DNA from: Cycas panzhihuaensis
Taxonomy: Eukaryota > Plantae > Cycadophyta
NCBI GenBank assembly: GCA_023213395.1
Contig: CM041465.1
Span: forward strand, 11,842,001 to 11,906,000
Reading direction: 5' to 3'
Length of the DNA stretch: 64,000 nt
This document shows positions 40,273 through 54,099 of the stretch, in pieces (the stretch's first letter is position 1; each line of letters starts with the position of its first letter). The notes beneath the pieces were generated by a model, which was not told where the DNA came from, ran no database searches, and was given only the letters and a program-made list of their open reading frames with translations. Position numbers and translations under genes: made by a program.

Positions 40273-43200
40273 TTACGGGTGATACAACCCAATTCAGCAA
40301 AGGTAAAAGGTGTACCACATCTTTAATAACCCCCCCTTCACTTCTTCTCAACCATTTCACCACTCGATGCATAAACTTGGGTATACGTCCCATCGCAACT
40401 CCGTCGTCTGTACCCTAATTTCCTAAACAAATAACTAAACATCCCAACCTTTCATGACCTTAACAACATCTTAATCCGTTACCTCGCTCTTTCAATATCC
40501 AATCGTCCATCCCATCCATCTTTTCCATCCGTTTAAAAACTTGTATATAACACTACCACAACACTCCACAACTTGTCCTCAACGGTGACAAACATTATAT
40601 ATAACCATAGTTATATAGGAGAATACGTGCATACTAACTGTCCCTCAACATTTCAACGCTTCTCGTGATTTCTAATGTTGGTTTTAATAAAGAGGGCATT
40701 CAAGTAAATAAGATCCTCTACACGTTCTACGGGTTGCACAACAAGTCCATCTTCTTATGAGAAATTTCTAACACGGTTTACCGTAAGGAATTTGATTTGG
40801 CGCTTCTTTGATGTAAAAGTTTTATGATATTGATTATTCTCTTATATGGACATTTTGAAAGAACAATACTTCTATGGTTTCTTGCTTGATTTAGATTTGG
40901 AATGTTATATGCTTCAAGAGTGCAACAAATGCATAAAATTAATGTTTCTATTCAAAAGATTTAGTGCTTTTGATAGCCTCGAGCAATGTGCTTTCAATAT
41001 TATATACATTTGTGTAGAAAATTTATATCATATCGAATATTTAAAATATTTTTAGTGATTATTCTTCTCATAGGGAGATTCTTTTAAAATACTTTCGTTG
41101 ATAGCTATTTACTTTTTCCCTTTTATATAAAAGTTGGCAGGGGGATGAAACTAATACCTAAAATGGTTAATGCAACGAGTAGAGGATTCAATTATAAAAA
41201 AAAGAAACCACTTCAAAATTATGTCATGGAGGCCACATCACACAAAATATAGTATGGATAAAACTATACAAAACAATGATTACATAAAATGGTTCCGACG
41301 GTAGAGGGAGAGTGCAAGTGCAATAATGAAATAAACCACAAAACACATGGCTCCAAAACTAAGTTAGAACTGCAAAACATGGAGATACATTAATCAACAA
41401 TCCTCGTGTCTCTTCACTAGTCCTTGGGGCTCAATGAAAGGACCAACCATCCTTAGTATCTTCATAAGAAGAATTAGTGGGAGGAGTGGTTGATCGATTT
41501 CAATCAACTACTAATGGGTCTAGAAGAGCAAAAACATAATTTAGAAGTTTATAGTAGATGCTAACACCAAATAATGAAATGCAATGTATAAGACCATTAT
41601 ATGTTAGGAATTTATTGCAAACATACTATATCTTCTAGATGGGTGTTATTACTAAGGAACTTTTATTATTAACCTTGGCTTGACAAAGTATAAGGTGCTC
41701 TAGCAATAGATTCTTCCATGTCATGATCCCAAGTAATAGACCATTGGAGAAATAAAGCCATAGTAGAATTAGTGAAGAAGCCTCCCCCTTTCAAAGCTTA
41801 ATTAGCCATTTGGTGACAAACATTATGCTTTGTTCATGAATGTATATACACCAAGGCCACCATTTTAAGAAGGGGCAAAGAGCACTTCACACACCACTCT
41901 ACGAATGCCATGCTTATTAATTGTACCAATTTTCAAATAACAAAAGGAACCATTAATAGGCTACATTCACATGAAGCCAAAAAGAAAACTAATAGGCATG
42001 TAAGGCCAAAAAATATATTCTATACTACTTGATTCTTACTTGTTAATGATAGTTGCTAACTTGTCTAAAAGTATAATTTTCTTTGAAATTTGTTCATAAA
42101 CTATTCCTATATTTGGATGAAAATAAAATCAAAACCAAAGGGGGCAATAAATAAGTTGATTATCTAGCCATTGCCTAGCATTTGCCAACCCATGTTGAGA
42201 ACCCAAGGGTTTGGATTGAGGCCAAAAAAATACTAAACTATTTAATGGAAAGAGGTTGATGGCCTAGAGGCTAATCAATAACACTTAAGATTTGATAAGA
42301 CTATGTTAGATTATTTTCACTAGTGATAGGAGTTAAAAATAGAATAAAATAGAGTTAATTTTTTATAAGAACACATTTTCTAAAAGTTTCTATCGTTTAT
42401 TCTAAAATTAGCAAAAGTTACTTTTTTATAATCTAAAAAGTATACAAATTTGAGGCCTCTAGTCATGCAAATATCCTAACCACCGTCTCCTAAAAATAGG
42501 CAATTAATTTGGATGAAACAACTCTCAAGTTAAAAACTTTCTTTTTTAAAATAAAATCTTAACTACTACTATTTTTAATTATTTTTTTAAAAAGATTTCC
42601 AATATGTTCAAAAGTTACATTATAGATAATTAAACATATCATGGGCCCTATATGCATAATCAATATAAAATTACTTTCTTAATTATCTTTTCTTAGGCAT
42701 AATTCATTTTTATTCTAAAATTATATCTTGTCTTTTTCTATGACTTTTACAGAGTCAAATTCAATGTAATTTTAAGGCCTTAAATATTTTATGTATGTCA
42801 ATTTGTACTAAGGGGTATAATCCTCAATTTTAACTTCAATTTAGAAGGGTAATTATTTAAAAACAAACTTAGAATGAAGAAGATACATACATTTTAGTAT
42901 AAGTGATTCTTTTTTTTTCCACTAGTAATGTTAATATTTTTACATCATTCTCCCTTACTTGAAAAGACCACTACTACTGTGAGTTACTTTATTTGAATTA
43001 CTACCATTTTTGTAAACTAAGTACTTATTTAATCTTGTCTTTCTTCTTTCTTGGTATTTGCTACCTTTAATTCATCTTCTTTATAAAAAGCATATGAATA
43101 AAAAACATTAAATATAAATGAAATATCAAGATTACAAGGTAAATTTACCTCATAGGTATTGCCATTAATTTTCTTCATAATTTTGGAGGGACTTATCTTC

Positions 43201-43300
43201 TTATATTTCAACTTGTTATATGTACTTTGAAATAAATTGTCCTTCCTTAAGTATATTATCATCAAATCCCCTTTGTAAATACCTTTCTTTTCTTGATCAT

Positions 43301-46300
43301 TTTTTTTTTTGATATGGTAAAAAATATATTAAAGGGGTTTTGTCAGGTCCCCAAACCAAGTTACATCAGTTGCCTACCAACGAGGACAAGAATGGCCATG
43401 ACATGCCCATGGCCTAACCCATCAAAGTGTACACCACCAAACTTTTGCCTAACTCATTTATCTAGAATGACCTGACAGGTCCAGCCTGATTAGACTCAAA
43501 AGCTCCTCCAGGAATTCCTCCTTCCACACCATGTTTCTTTTGTTTGCCACTGCCCAATTTGCCAGTCAATCTGCCGCCGCATTTCCTTTCCTATACGTAT
43601 GTCGAATCTGAACACTTTGCTTAGAGCTCAAGACATCATGAGCATCTCTGATCATATCTAAATTGCTCCAGTCCACCTCTGACTCCCCCTTCAGGCCCCT
43701 AATCACATTCATAGAGTCTCCCTCTATTATCACTCTCTCATATCCATTCTCATCCACCAATGCTATCACCTACTGCATAGCTCTTAATTCAACTTTGTGG
43801 TTCGTCTGATGACCAAAATATTTCACAAATGCCTAGTAGACTTTCCCTTCATGATTCCTGCATAAACCTCCCCCGCCTGCCTCACCCGAGTTACCTTTGG
43901 CTGCCCCGTCGAAATTGACTTTAACCTAGGACTCGCTGGGCAAGATCCAATGGCATGTCCTCCTTTCCATTTCCCTACCACTCCGATTAGTTATTCCCCA
44001 GCCCGCTAAGATACTCTCTTCTCCCTTAGGAATCCTGTCCTCATCTAGGGGCTTAAGCATTTCTAAGATATCCCCATTAATCTTCCCCCAAAGTCTCTGC
44101 TCATCCATCCCTCTACTTTAGAAAATTCTTCTGTTACTCTCCTTCCATATATTTCATGTCCCCACTAGAAGTAATAGTTTCCAAAGCTTACCCAATGTCT
44201 TACTCTTAAAGCAGGATTTCCACATTAACCACTGATTCTGTAGGGTCCTAGGGGATACCCATTTAATCCTGAGATTAGACTAAAGGCCGACCCATATGCC
44301 CCTAGAATAAGGACAATGAATAATAATATGGTCTAGGGACTCAGCATCCTCCTTACATAACTCACATCTGTTTACCATGGAAAACCACCGCTTTATGAGA
44401 TAATCAATTGTAAGTATCTTGTTCTGTAGGCATAACCACCAAAATACAACTATCTTTGGAAGTAAATTCAATTTCCATACCCCTGTCAACAGGTCCTCCT
44501 TTTTCACACCTTCTTCCCCCCAGGAGCGAATTATAACCATCCTTTATAGTATATAACCCAGACGAAGAAATTGCCCAAATCAAAATATTTGCTAGATCCC
44601 TCTTGGGAATATATTGGTGAATTAATTCACACTTAAGGTTCTAAATCTCCTCTTCCATTCCCTACAATTCTTCAAACGTTCTCCAGCTCCTGTTTTTACC
44701 TTGCCCCTCCTAGTAGTTCTTGACTAATAGGCCATATACTTCCTCACAAACCCTCCGTATGTTACCAATTAATGGGAGATCCTTCAAAGTGTAGTTACCA
44801 CACCATTTGTCCTCCCAAAAACTAATACTTTCTCAATTCCCTAACTTCCATCTTAGGTCATTGCTCAGGATGGGCCTTGAGAACAGAAGGCCTTTCTAAA
44901 TGGGGGATCCATTGACCCCCCCCCCCCCCCCCTCTCACCTCATCTTTCAGAAAGTGCTTGCCCCCTAAATATTTCTTGGCCATAATGTTACCCCATTGTA
45001 TACCTTCCTCTTTTGCCAATCTCCATCCTAGTTTTACTAAGAGGGCTTTGTTAAAGAGCCCCATCCTCTTAACATTGAGCCCCCCCGTCCATTTGGGCTT
45101 ACATATCTTCTCCCATGAGACCAAGTGGATTCTATTCTTCTCCTTAGATCCATACCAGAGAAATCTTTTCATGATGCCCTCTACTATTGAGATGATCTTA
45201 CTCGGTATCTTGAATAGTATCATCATATAAACTGGGATACTCTGAAGAGACACCACCACAAACTAAATTTTACCAGCTAGGCTGAGTAGGGCCCCTTTCC
45301 ATCCAGCCAACTTCCTCTGGAACCTACCCACGATGGGATTCCATAGGTCCTTGCTCATATTACCCACAAAAAGAGGCATCCCCAGGTAAGTGAATGGAAG
45401 AGTCTTAATTGGAATCTCCAATACTCTGCTAATTCTCCGCTGAAGCCTTTCTAGGGTATTAATGAAGAAGATAGAGCTTTTCTCCTAATTGATTCTTTGA
45501 TTGGAAGCCTTCTCGTAGAGCTGCAGACTATCTTTTAATGCCCTGGCCTCCCCTAGAGAGGCTTTACCTAGAAAAATATTATCGTCAACAAACTGGTGAT
45601 GGACAATATTCTCTAGGTTAGAGGAGGGCCTTAGACCAGCCACGCATCTGACCCTCTTTGCTTCCTTAGTAACCCTCCCTAAAATTTCTGGCATTATAAT
45701 AAAGAGATAGGGAGATAAGGGGATCTCCCTGCCTTAACCCCCTTGATCCAGAAAAGAAGCGGGACGATGAGCCATTTATCAACATAGAAAAAGAAGGGTT
45801 AGAAATACAACATCTCATCCAATCCCTCCAAACCTCCCCAAAACCAAAAGCCTTCAGACAGTTAAGGAGGCAGTCTCAGGCTACCATGTCATATGATTTG
45901 GACATATCAGTTTTCACTATCATACCCACTTCTTTTCTGTGGTAGGTCAAATGAAACGTCTTATGGACAATAATTATGCCATCCACGATCTGTCTTCCCT
46001 TAACAAACCCATCACGATTAACAGAGATAATGAACAACAAACATTCCTTGAGGCAGTTTACCAGTAATTTTGTAAGGATTTTGTACTTAGCATTACACAA
46101 ACTTATTGGTCTGAAGTCCTCCATGACTGTCGCACCTGCTTTTTTGGGAATCAGAACCAAAAAAGTGGATTTCCATTCCTTTAGAATTGTTTTCTTTTCA
46201 AAAAATTTGTTCAATACCATAATTAAGTCATCCTTTATAATGTCCCAGTATTCTTGGTAGAACCCTGGGGGAAAACCATTTGGCCTAAGGGCTTTATCTC

Positions 46301-47376
46301 GGTCTATGCTGAATAAAGCTTTCTCCACTTCCTCTAGGGTGAATGGATTTGTTAACTTTTTATTTTAGGCATCGTTGATTAGCTTCGAAATACATCTCAA
46401 CATGTTCAAACGTACATCAGGATCCTAGCATCCAAGTTCTTCAAAAAGATCTTTGAAGTACTCTGTTGCTGTATTTCTAATTTGATCTTCCGTCATAGAA
46501 ATAGAACCCTATCATAGAGCTTGCTTATTCTGTTATAGGATCTATATTTTATCGCTGACATATGAAAGAATTTGGTGTTCCTGTCCCCCTCCGCAATCCA
46601 AAGCTCACAGGATTTCTGTCTCCAATGGAATTCCTCCTTACCCAGCACCTCCTCTAGCTCTTTTGTGGTCCCGCGTTAAAGTTGGTCCAAGGAAGGAGAT
46701 CTGCCCTCTTCTTAGATCCTCTACTCGACCCTATTCAAGTCCTCCAACAGTCTCCCTTTAGCTTCGAAAATGTTTCCAAACACCTCCTTGTTCCAAACTT
46801 TAATCTGTCTCTTTAACCAATTTAACTTCTTTGAGAATTTAAACATAGCATACCCCACAACAAGGATACTCCACCACTCCTCAATCCTAACTCTGAGATT
46901 AGGATGTAGTATCCATATACGCTTAAAGCGAAAGGGAGTCCCACTATAGTTATCTGGGTATGAGAACTCTAACAGAAGAGGAGAATGATCAGAGGCCATT
47001 TTCGGGAGAGCCTCAAGCTTGATCTAAATAATCAACATCTTATCTAGCTTAATCTAAATATAATTGCGCCTTAGTCTCCTATTTGACCACGTATACCTGG
47101 CCCCCCTAAGAGGGACATTCATAAGCCCACCATTCTGTAAGAAGTCTCCCAGGTCAGACATGTCCTTGGACTATCCCTCTTGACTGCCTTTCTTATCCTC
47201 TAGGATCAAAGCTGAGTTAAATTCCAGTGTCATCAACCATGGGCCTTTCCATCCCTTGTGGACCTCCACTAAATTGTCCCATAACCGCTTTCTTCCCTCC
47301 ACCGTCGTAGGAGCATAAACATTTATAACCCGCCATAGGGTATTTGTCCTTCTATAGGCCAGCCACACCGTGATAA
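43301..47376 (-). mobile_element. 5'-truncated L1 LINE with RNase H (endonuclease part, RT, zf-RVT, RNase H), poly(A) tail and 17-bp TSD
   Basis: TSD TTTCTTTTCTTGATCAT at 43284-43300 and 47377-47393; T-run at 43301-43310; motifs NVYAP, SDHSPLLL, DFRPISLCN, HHQFVDD, CELCKEDAESLDHIIIHC, VNFDGAAKGN, IIEGDS, HTYRKGNAAAD. Confidence 0.95.
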
Positions 47377-47874
47377 TTTCTTTTCTTGATCATATCCGCC
47401 ATTGCCTTATAATTGTTATCTTATAATTTTCAACTCAACTCGTCATGCATATGTTGCATGTGTTTTACAAAGGTCCCTATGTCATTATTTATTATACACT
47501 CAATGGGTAATTATATTAAATCTAAGAATCCCTTAAGAATTTTACCATATATAAGCTAAAATAGTGATTTATTTATCAATTTATTTAAAGATATATTATA
47601 AGCAAATTCATCTTGTACTAACATTAAGTCTCACTACTTGGGTTTCTCTCCAATAATATATTTTAATAGGTTTTTTAAACTCTTATTTATTACCTCTATC
47701 TACCCATCAATTTGTAGATGGTAAAAACTACCAAATTATTCTTTTGTCTTTAATTTTTTAAAATAATTTTATCAAAAAGTAACTTAGAAATTTATTATCT
47801 TCGCCTACAATGATAGTTTTTAGCACCCCATGTAGCCTAACAACCTCTTTCAAATATTAATCTATTATTCTTAG

Positions 47875-50496
47875 TGTTAAAAATAAATGTCCAATATAGG
47901 TATAGGATCATATAAGATTATGAAATATAAAGATATACGAGTGAACAAATAAAAGAATAATATATACAAATATAGAGCATAAGCTATTTATGTGAAATGA
48001 TCACTTCTAATTGTATTATGTCAAACTAATATATAATTATAATATATGTCACCACTTAACTATCCAATCATAATCCATAAGCCACTTGGTTAACCAATGA
48101 CTGATTACATGAAAAAGTATACATATTATGAGACCCTAGTACATATCAAAGCGGTAGTTATAATAATTTAATATTTCCATAGGATAATATTACCCAACAT
48201 TTCTCCTTAATATTTAATTCATATCACATAATTACTTCAAATGTGATGTTGGGTCTATATAAAAGACAAACATCTAACAAAGTACATGGGTAACTAGTCA
48301 TTGTATTTGTCAGTCTTCTAAAATAGTCTTCTTATATATGGTTTATTAATATTTATTTACCAAGTAGCTTTCACCTATTCTTATTCTACTCATATTTTGC
48401 TCTCTTAACTAATGTTGTACCTTGAGGAGAAAATTTGAGTTAAAAACCATCAAACCCATCTATTGTACCATAGAACAAATTTATATAAATGGTTATTCAA
48501 GTACAAACATATAATAAAATACCTCATTTTTAGGCACAAGCTCTATTTTAACATGCTATTAAATTAAAGTTTAAATTTTATATCATTAAAATTGCCTTGA
48601 TTTTTTTTTAAAAGTATATTATATGACCACTCATTGTAAATTCCTATAAGTCATCTTTGCAACATAGTTGATGACACTTAATTCTAATGTCGTATAAGAG
48701 AGAGAGATCATTATTTTTATACACATAAATACTTTTTTAGTGGAAAAGTTTAAAAAAAATAAAAAAGGTCACTTTTATTTGGCCCCCAGTCATATCATAA
48801 TATTTATATGACTAAACCTAAGAATTTGTAGACTCTAACAAATATTATAAAACACTTCAATATAAGTTATAACATTTTATAATATTTAGTTATAAAAAAT
48901 TAAAAGTTTTTATATTTGTTTAATATGTGCAACCTACATGCAAGTCATGTGACTTTTAACAACTCTCTCACATAAAATTTTCACTAATTTTCTATTTGAT
49001 AGATTTAAAGATGCATTTCTAAATACCATAAATTGAATGGTAGTGTTAGATTTACCAAAAATCATAGCCATCACTAATTTCTATCTATTAGGAGATGCCT
49101 AATCACTCACGAAGTTTTCCAAAGTTAACAGTAATTTGTCCAACTTATAACAAAGCTATCCTACCTTTGAATATAATAATAATTCACCTTTAAAGGTTTC
49201 TAACTTAGTGATATATTATTTATAAATATTTATAGAGGTAGACATAAATAAAATATATAAAATTATGATCTACTTTTTCACTAAGACCATACAAACCTTT
49301 ATTGCTTTATTGACACACTACTATAACTCTCACCATAGCCTACAAACATTATCCACATTTTAGATCTCTATCATAAACCCTATGTATCTCTATTTTGAAT
49401 TAAAAATAATGAAGTACACACAAATTTACATGAGCTACATAACTTCTCATTATTAAATGACAACCAATGATCTCTAGTTTGCTAATAGGGTGGTGCTTAA
49501 TAAATCTTAATCAACCTACTCCTATCATTGTACTTATAATTGGTTGATAATTTCTTCATATGCACAAGTTCTTTTATAGTCAACAAACTCCATATCAAAC
49601 CCCAATGTACTAGTATCTTTACATGAGCCAACAAATTATCTGTTGCTTTAAACCATGCTATAACACCCTCATCAATTCTAGCTAATATAATAGAGGGTAA
49701 ATCATGGCTTTCCTACTATATTAATGGTTTTATATGGTGATTAAGCTTGTATCTAAAGCCCCACTCTTAGACTCTATATAACACTTACACGTATGCTAGA
49801 GAAACATGTAAATAATAGAGTTATATCTAAGTAAACAATAACAAACCTTCATCAAATATGAGACAATACTTATTCTTTAACTAGCTTTTCATACACATAC
49901 ACCAATATGCTCTAGGCTTATGACACTAACGTGCTCTAGGTATCCTATAAAATACAATCCAAAACCATTGAAAAATTATAATAGAACTTCCCTTGATAAA
50001 CATATAGACTGCCCCCCTCATTGATCAGAAACATGCATATATAAAATAAGTTTTGAATAAATATTTAATAAGCGGGCATACTCATAGTCTTATAATGTAA
50101 TTAGGGTCAATACAGGTTCAAACTAGGGCTCTAATACAACTTAGGCTTTGATAGACTTAGTTTTAATACCACTTATTAGAAACAAATATCCAATATAGGT
50201 CTAGATCATATAAGACTATGAAACATAAAGACGTGTAGGTGAATAAATTAAAAAAAATATGTATAAACATATAATATAAGCTACTAATAAGAAATGACCA
50301 TTTCTAATTATATTATATCAAACCAATATATATTTATAATACATATCACCATATGGTTATTTAATCATAATCCAAGAGCCAATTGGTCAACCAATGACTA
50401 ATTACATAAAGAAGTGTATACATTATAACCCCTTAGTGTACTTCAAAGGGGTAATTATAACAATTTAATATTCCCATACGTTAATATTACCTAAAA
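47875..50496 (-). mobile_element. Internally deleted, heavily decayed LTR element G (~2.6 kb, probably Copia-derived)
   Basis: Direct repeats of ~325 bp at 47875-48199 and ~50175-50496; reverse PBS ttttaatacca at ~50161-50171; reverse PPT tttctcctta at 48200; degenerate TSD cttag/cttgt; short block at ~48280 resembles element F at ~1325. Confidence 0.8.
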
Positions 50497-51469
50497 CTTG
50501 TTATATTACTAGTCTTTCTACATATAACAAATAAACTATTTTTAAAAATCTATCCATAATAATAAATATTGAGTTATTTCCTCATTAGGGGTTTAGTAAT
50601 TCCAATATAAAATCCATTCTTAAATATGTCCATAGTCCTTTAGGTAGAATACTTCTTTCTTATCTCATTTAGCTTCTCACTATAATATGTTATTTACCTT
50701 CCTCCTTCACTTAATATGACTCTAATACCTACATTTTATATATCAAAATCAATCTTATATGCTTTATAAAATCTAACAATTTTAGAGCAAGCATCCTTGC
50801 TACCTTTTTTTTTAGTAATTAAAAGCTCTATTCCATTGCTTTCATCCAAACAAACTCCTTTTCTTTCCATTAAGAACTTTAGTTTAATACTACTAAAAAT
50901 TTTGATGAACTTTCTATAAATAGTAGCTAACCCATAGAAGCTCCTTACCTCTATCATATTTCATGGAGTAGGCCATTGAACATTTGTCTTAACCTTATCT
51001 TTATCCATTTGTAATCCTTCTTGCAAAATGACAATCTCTAAAAATACTAAGCTCTATTATATGAACCTATACTTTTTCAAGTTTGTATATAGTTTCTTCT
51101 TCCTTAACACCTCCAATACCTTCCTTAAGTATATGAGGTATTCCTTCTTAGTTTTACTAAATATTAAAATATCATTAAAATAGATCATAATAAACTTACT
51201 AATGTAATCTTTTAGCATTGTGCTCATCAACCTCATAAATGTGTTTGGTGTATTAGATATTTCAAATGGCATGACCAACCACTTATACAGGTTATCCTTG
51301 GTTTTGAAGGTAGTCTTCCATTCATGTCCTTTTTTAATTTAAATATCATAATAACCAGTCTTCAATTTAATCTTTATAAAGTATATAGTTCCTATTAACA
51401 TGTCCATCATGCTATCTATATAAGGTATAAAAAACTTATACTTAATGGTAATCTTACTTTTAATTATTG

Positions 51470-53015
51470 TGTGAATGTTTTTATGGATGTATTGAGTCTT
51501 GAACCTGGGTTGAAACTAAGTAGACCTTCATCCCCTTTCAAATGAGTACCTTATTTATCATGTTAAAAAAGCCTTGTATGGTTTGAAATAGGTGCCATAT
51601 ACTTGGTATTCTAAAATTTATGATTACTTATCAAAATATAATCTTTATCAGTCCACATTTGAATGTAACCTATATGTTAAGTTTTAACATCAACATATAA
51701 ATCTTATTATATTATATGTGGATGATTTGATCATTATTGGCAATGATGTTAATATGATAAAAAGTCTTTAAGGGAACTTACACAAAAGTTTTGAGATGAC
51801 CAATCTCAACATTCTTTATTACTTTCTTGGCATGGAGGTGTAGCAATAACTAGCTCATATTTTTATATCTTAAGACAAATACACTTGGAGTATTTTGCAA
51901 TAATTTAGAATGAAGGACAATAAATCTTCACTAACCCCTATGGACACAAGCATAAAATTATTATATAATAAAGAAGAAAACTCTATTAATTTCACCATTT
52001 TTAGGTAGCTAGTTGGTAGTCTTATTTACTTGACTAACACTAGGTTTGACATATCATATGTTATTAGAATCTATTCTAAATTTATAACACAACCTAATCA
52101 AAGGTACATTATAGTATGGTCTCAAGTATACTCACAATGAGAACTTCACATTAGAAGGGTTCTCAGATTTTGATTGTGTAGGATGTCAAGATAGCTGCAA
52201 ATCTACCTCACGTTATTATTTTAACTTTGGGTCTATAATTATTTTATGGAGTTTCAAAAAGCAACCAAATGTCATACTTTTCTTTACTAAAGTATAATAC
52301 AAAGCTACTATCGGCTTGGCTTTAAGTAATTCCTACAAACTTTATTATATTGTAATAATTAGAGTGTTCTTAAGATAGTCAAGAATCCTATATTTTATGC
52401 ATAGACCAAGCATGTTAAGATTTATCACCATTTTATCAGAGAACATATGTAACAAGGTGAAATTAACCTCATCTATAGGCCGATCGATTAATAACTTGTT
52501 GACATATTCACTAAACCACTTCGTAGAGAGAAATTTAAGTACTTTAGAGACAACCTTGGTGTTTGATTTAATGTTGTACACATTTTCAGAGGTGTTAAAA
52601 CCTTTATGTCTTAAGTATTAAGTATTGACCATGTATATTTATATTTTGGCACTTTATACTTTATGCTAAAGTAATCCTTCATTTAATTTTTAAATTGTCA
52701 TATTATCCCTTTTGTCTTTTATGCTTTTTCCATAAGAGCTATGCAAAAAAGTCAACTCTAGATGGCCAACACTTGTCACCATCCTCATACACTTAAAAAG
52801 TAGAGTTTCACTAAGCTTTATCTTCTTCTTTTGATTTGTGACATATGTCACAATCAAGTACACTTAAACTCCTTTATAAAGAGTCATACTTTCCTTGTAT
52901 AGATGTAATTTTCTAAGATAGTATTATTTTGTTGAAGTTACTCTAATAAGTTGAGTGGTAGATTAATTCCCCTCCTTATTCTTTATTATATTATGTATCT
53001 TATACTTGTTTTGTC
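51470..53015 (+). mobile_element. Ty1/Copia RT/RNase H remnant with probable 3' LTR from 52593
   Basis: LKKALYGLK.VP..WY, ILYVDDLIIIG, LVGSLIYLTNTR, GFSDFD motifs; LTR end uncertain. Confidence 0.75.
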
Positions 53016-54099
53016 AAAGTATTAAATTAATATTTCATTTTTATATATTTATGAGTTGTCCTCTTTATCTCCTTAAATAGATCTTGTTATGCATTTTCTT
53101 TCTTCTAGAATTATTCTTAAGGTAGAAGATTATATTTTGTGAGAAAATATTGAATTTGGAAGAATTAGCAACTCCTTATGCGAAAGTTAAAATATTTATT
53201 TTCACATTTTATTTTTCCTATTCCTCTTTAGCTTGCATGAGTTTCTCTACTTGACTTTATGAAATTAACTAACAAAGATCGAAGAAAGGTTTTGTAAAAT
53301 TAAGTATTCATACTTTAGTGTTTCATTGAGATGGGAGTTTTGGATAAGTCATTAGAGGTGTGAGTTCACAAAGGAGGAATTTACGAACTAAGGGTGTCAC
53401 TATTGGATGCATGGTAAAATATTATTAGCTTACATAACTGAAGTTTTATGAGAAGATACTCTATAGAATTAGTAAGTCATAGAATGAGCAATGATCATCA
53501 CATCAACTAACACGTTGCAACATAAGAGAGATTTCACAAATAGGTTCTCTATGGGATTGGGACACTAAAAGATATAAGAGAAATTAGAGTAATTGACAAA
53601 CTAATAAATTGGTGAGTCATGGAATGAATGGTTACTATTAGATAAACTAATACATGGTAACATCATAGAGATTTTTTTAGTAGGCACTTTATGGGATTAG
53701 GCCATTAAGAAATATGATAAAATTAGAATAATTTGTGGAGTGATAAATTGATGAGTTAGCAAAGAGTAGAGACCATTGTATCAGAAATAGATAGTAGCAA
53801 TTGGGATGTTTATAATATAACCTTTTACTCATTTGGAGCAATAGAAAAATATTAAAGGTTAAGGTAAGTCACAAAAGAAGAAAGTTGTGAAGTGAATATG
53901 GACTATCATTTACTAAACAAATGGCATAATATTATGGATTTCACAAGTTGACTACTCATTGAAAGTTGCCTTGCATGAAAAATAATTTAGGATATACTTG
54001 ACCTATATATTATCATGAATAGTACCATAGAATAGATCTTAAAGTACACAAATGAGACAATTGATAGAATAGATTTATTATTGATCCCCAAAAGAACTA

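Larger units (their letters stand above)
42293..51465 (-). mobile_element. Decayed CRM-like Ty3/Gypsy element interrupted by an L1 and by element G
   Basis: On the minus strand, PPT ttttcaagtaagggagaa is followed by a TGATG LTR start at 42947 (far LTR end uncertain); integrase C-terminus YNKLKYKKI..KINGNTYEVNLP (43029-43265); integrase core at 47394-47870 and 50497-50620; RT VMPF..NTPNTFMRLM..IYFNDILIFS (51057-51278). Confidence 0.8.

Noticed and set aside
41150-42290. Possible decayed LINE 3' end (RNase H-like) on the minus strand
   Set aside because: Only a faint N..H.MAN-like motif near 41810; not enough to support a feature.
44916-44932. Poly-Gly run in the L1 ORF
   Set aside because: A C homopolymer of uncertain length that shifts the frame; slippage or sequencing error.
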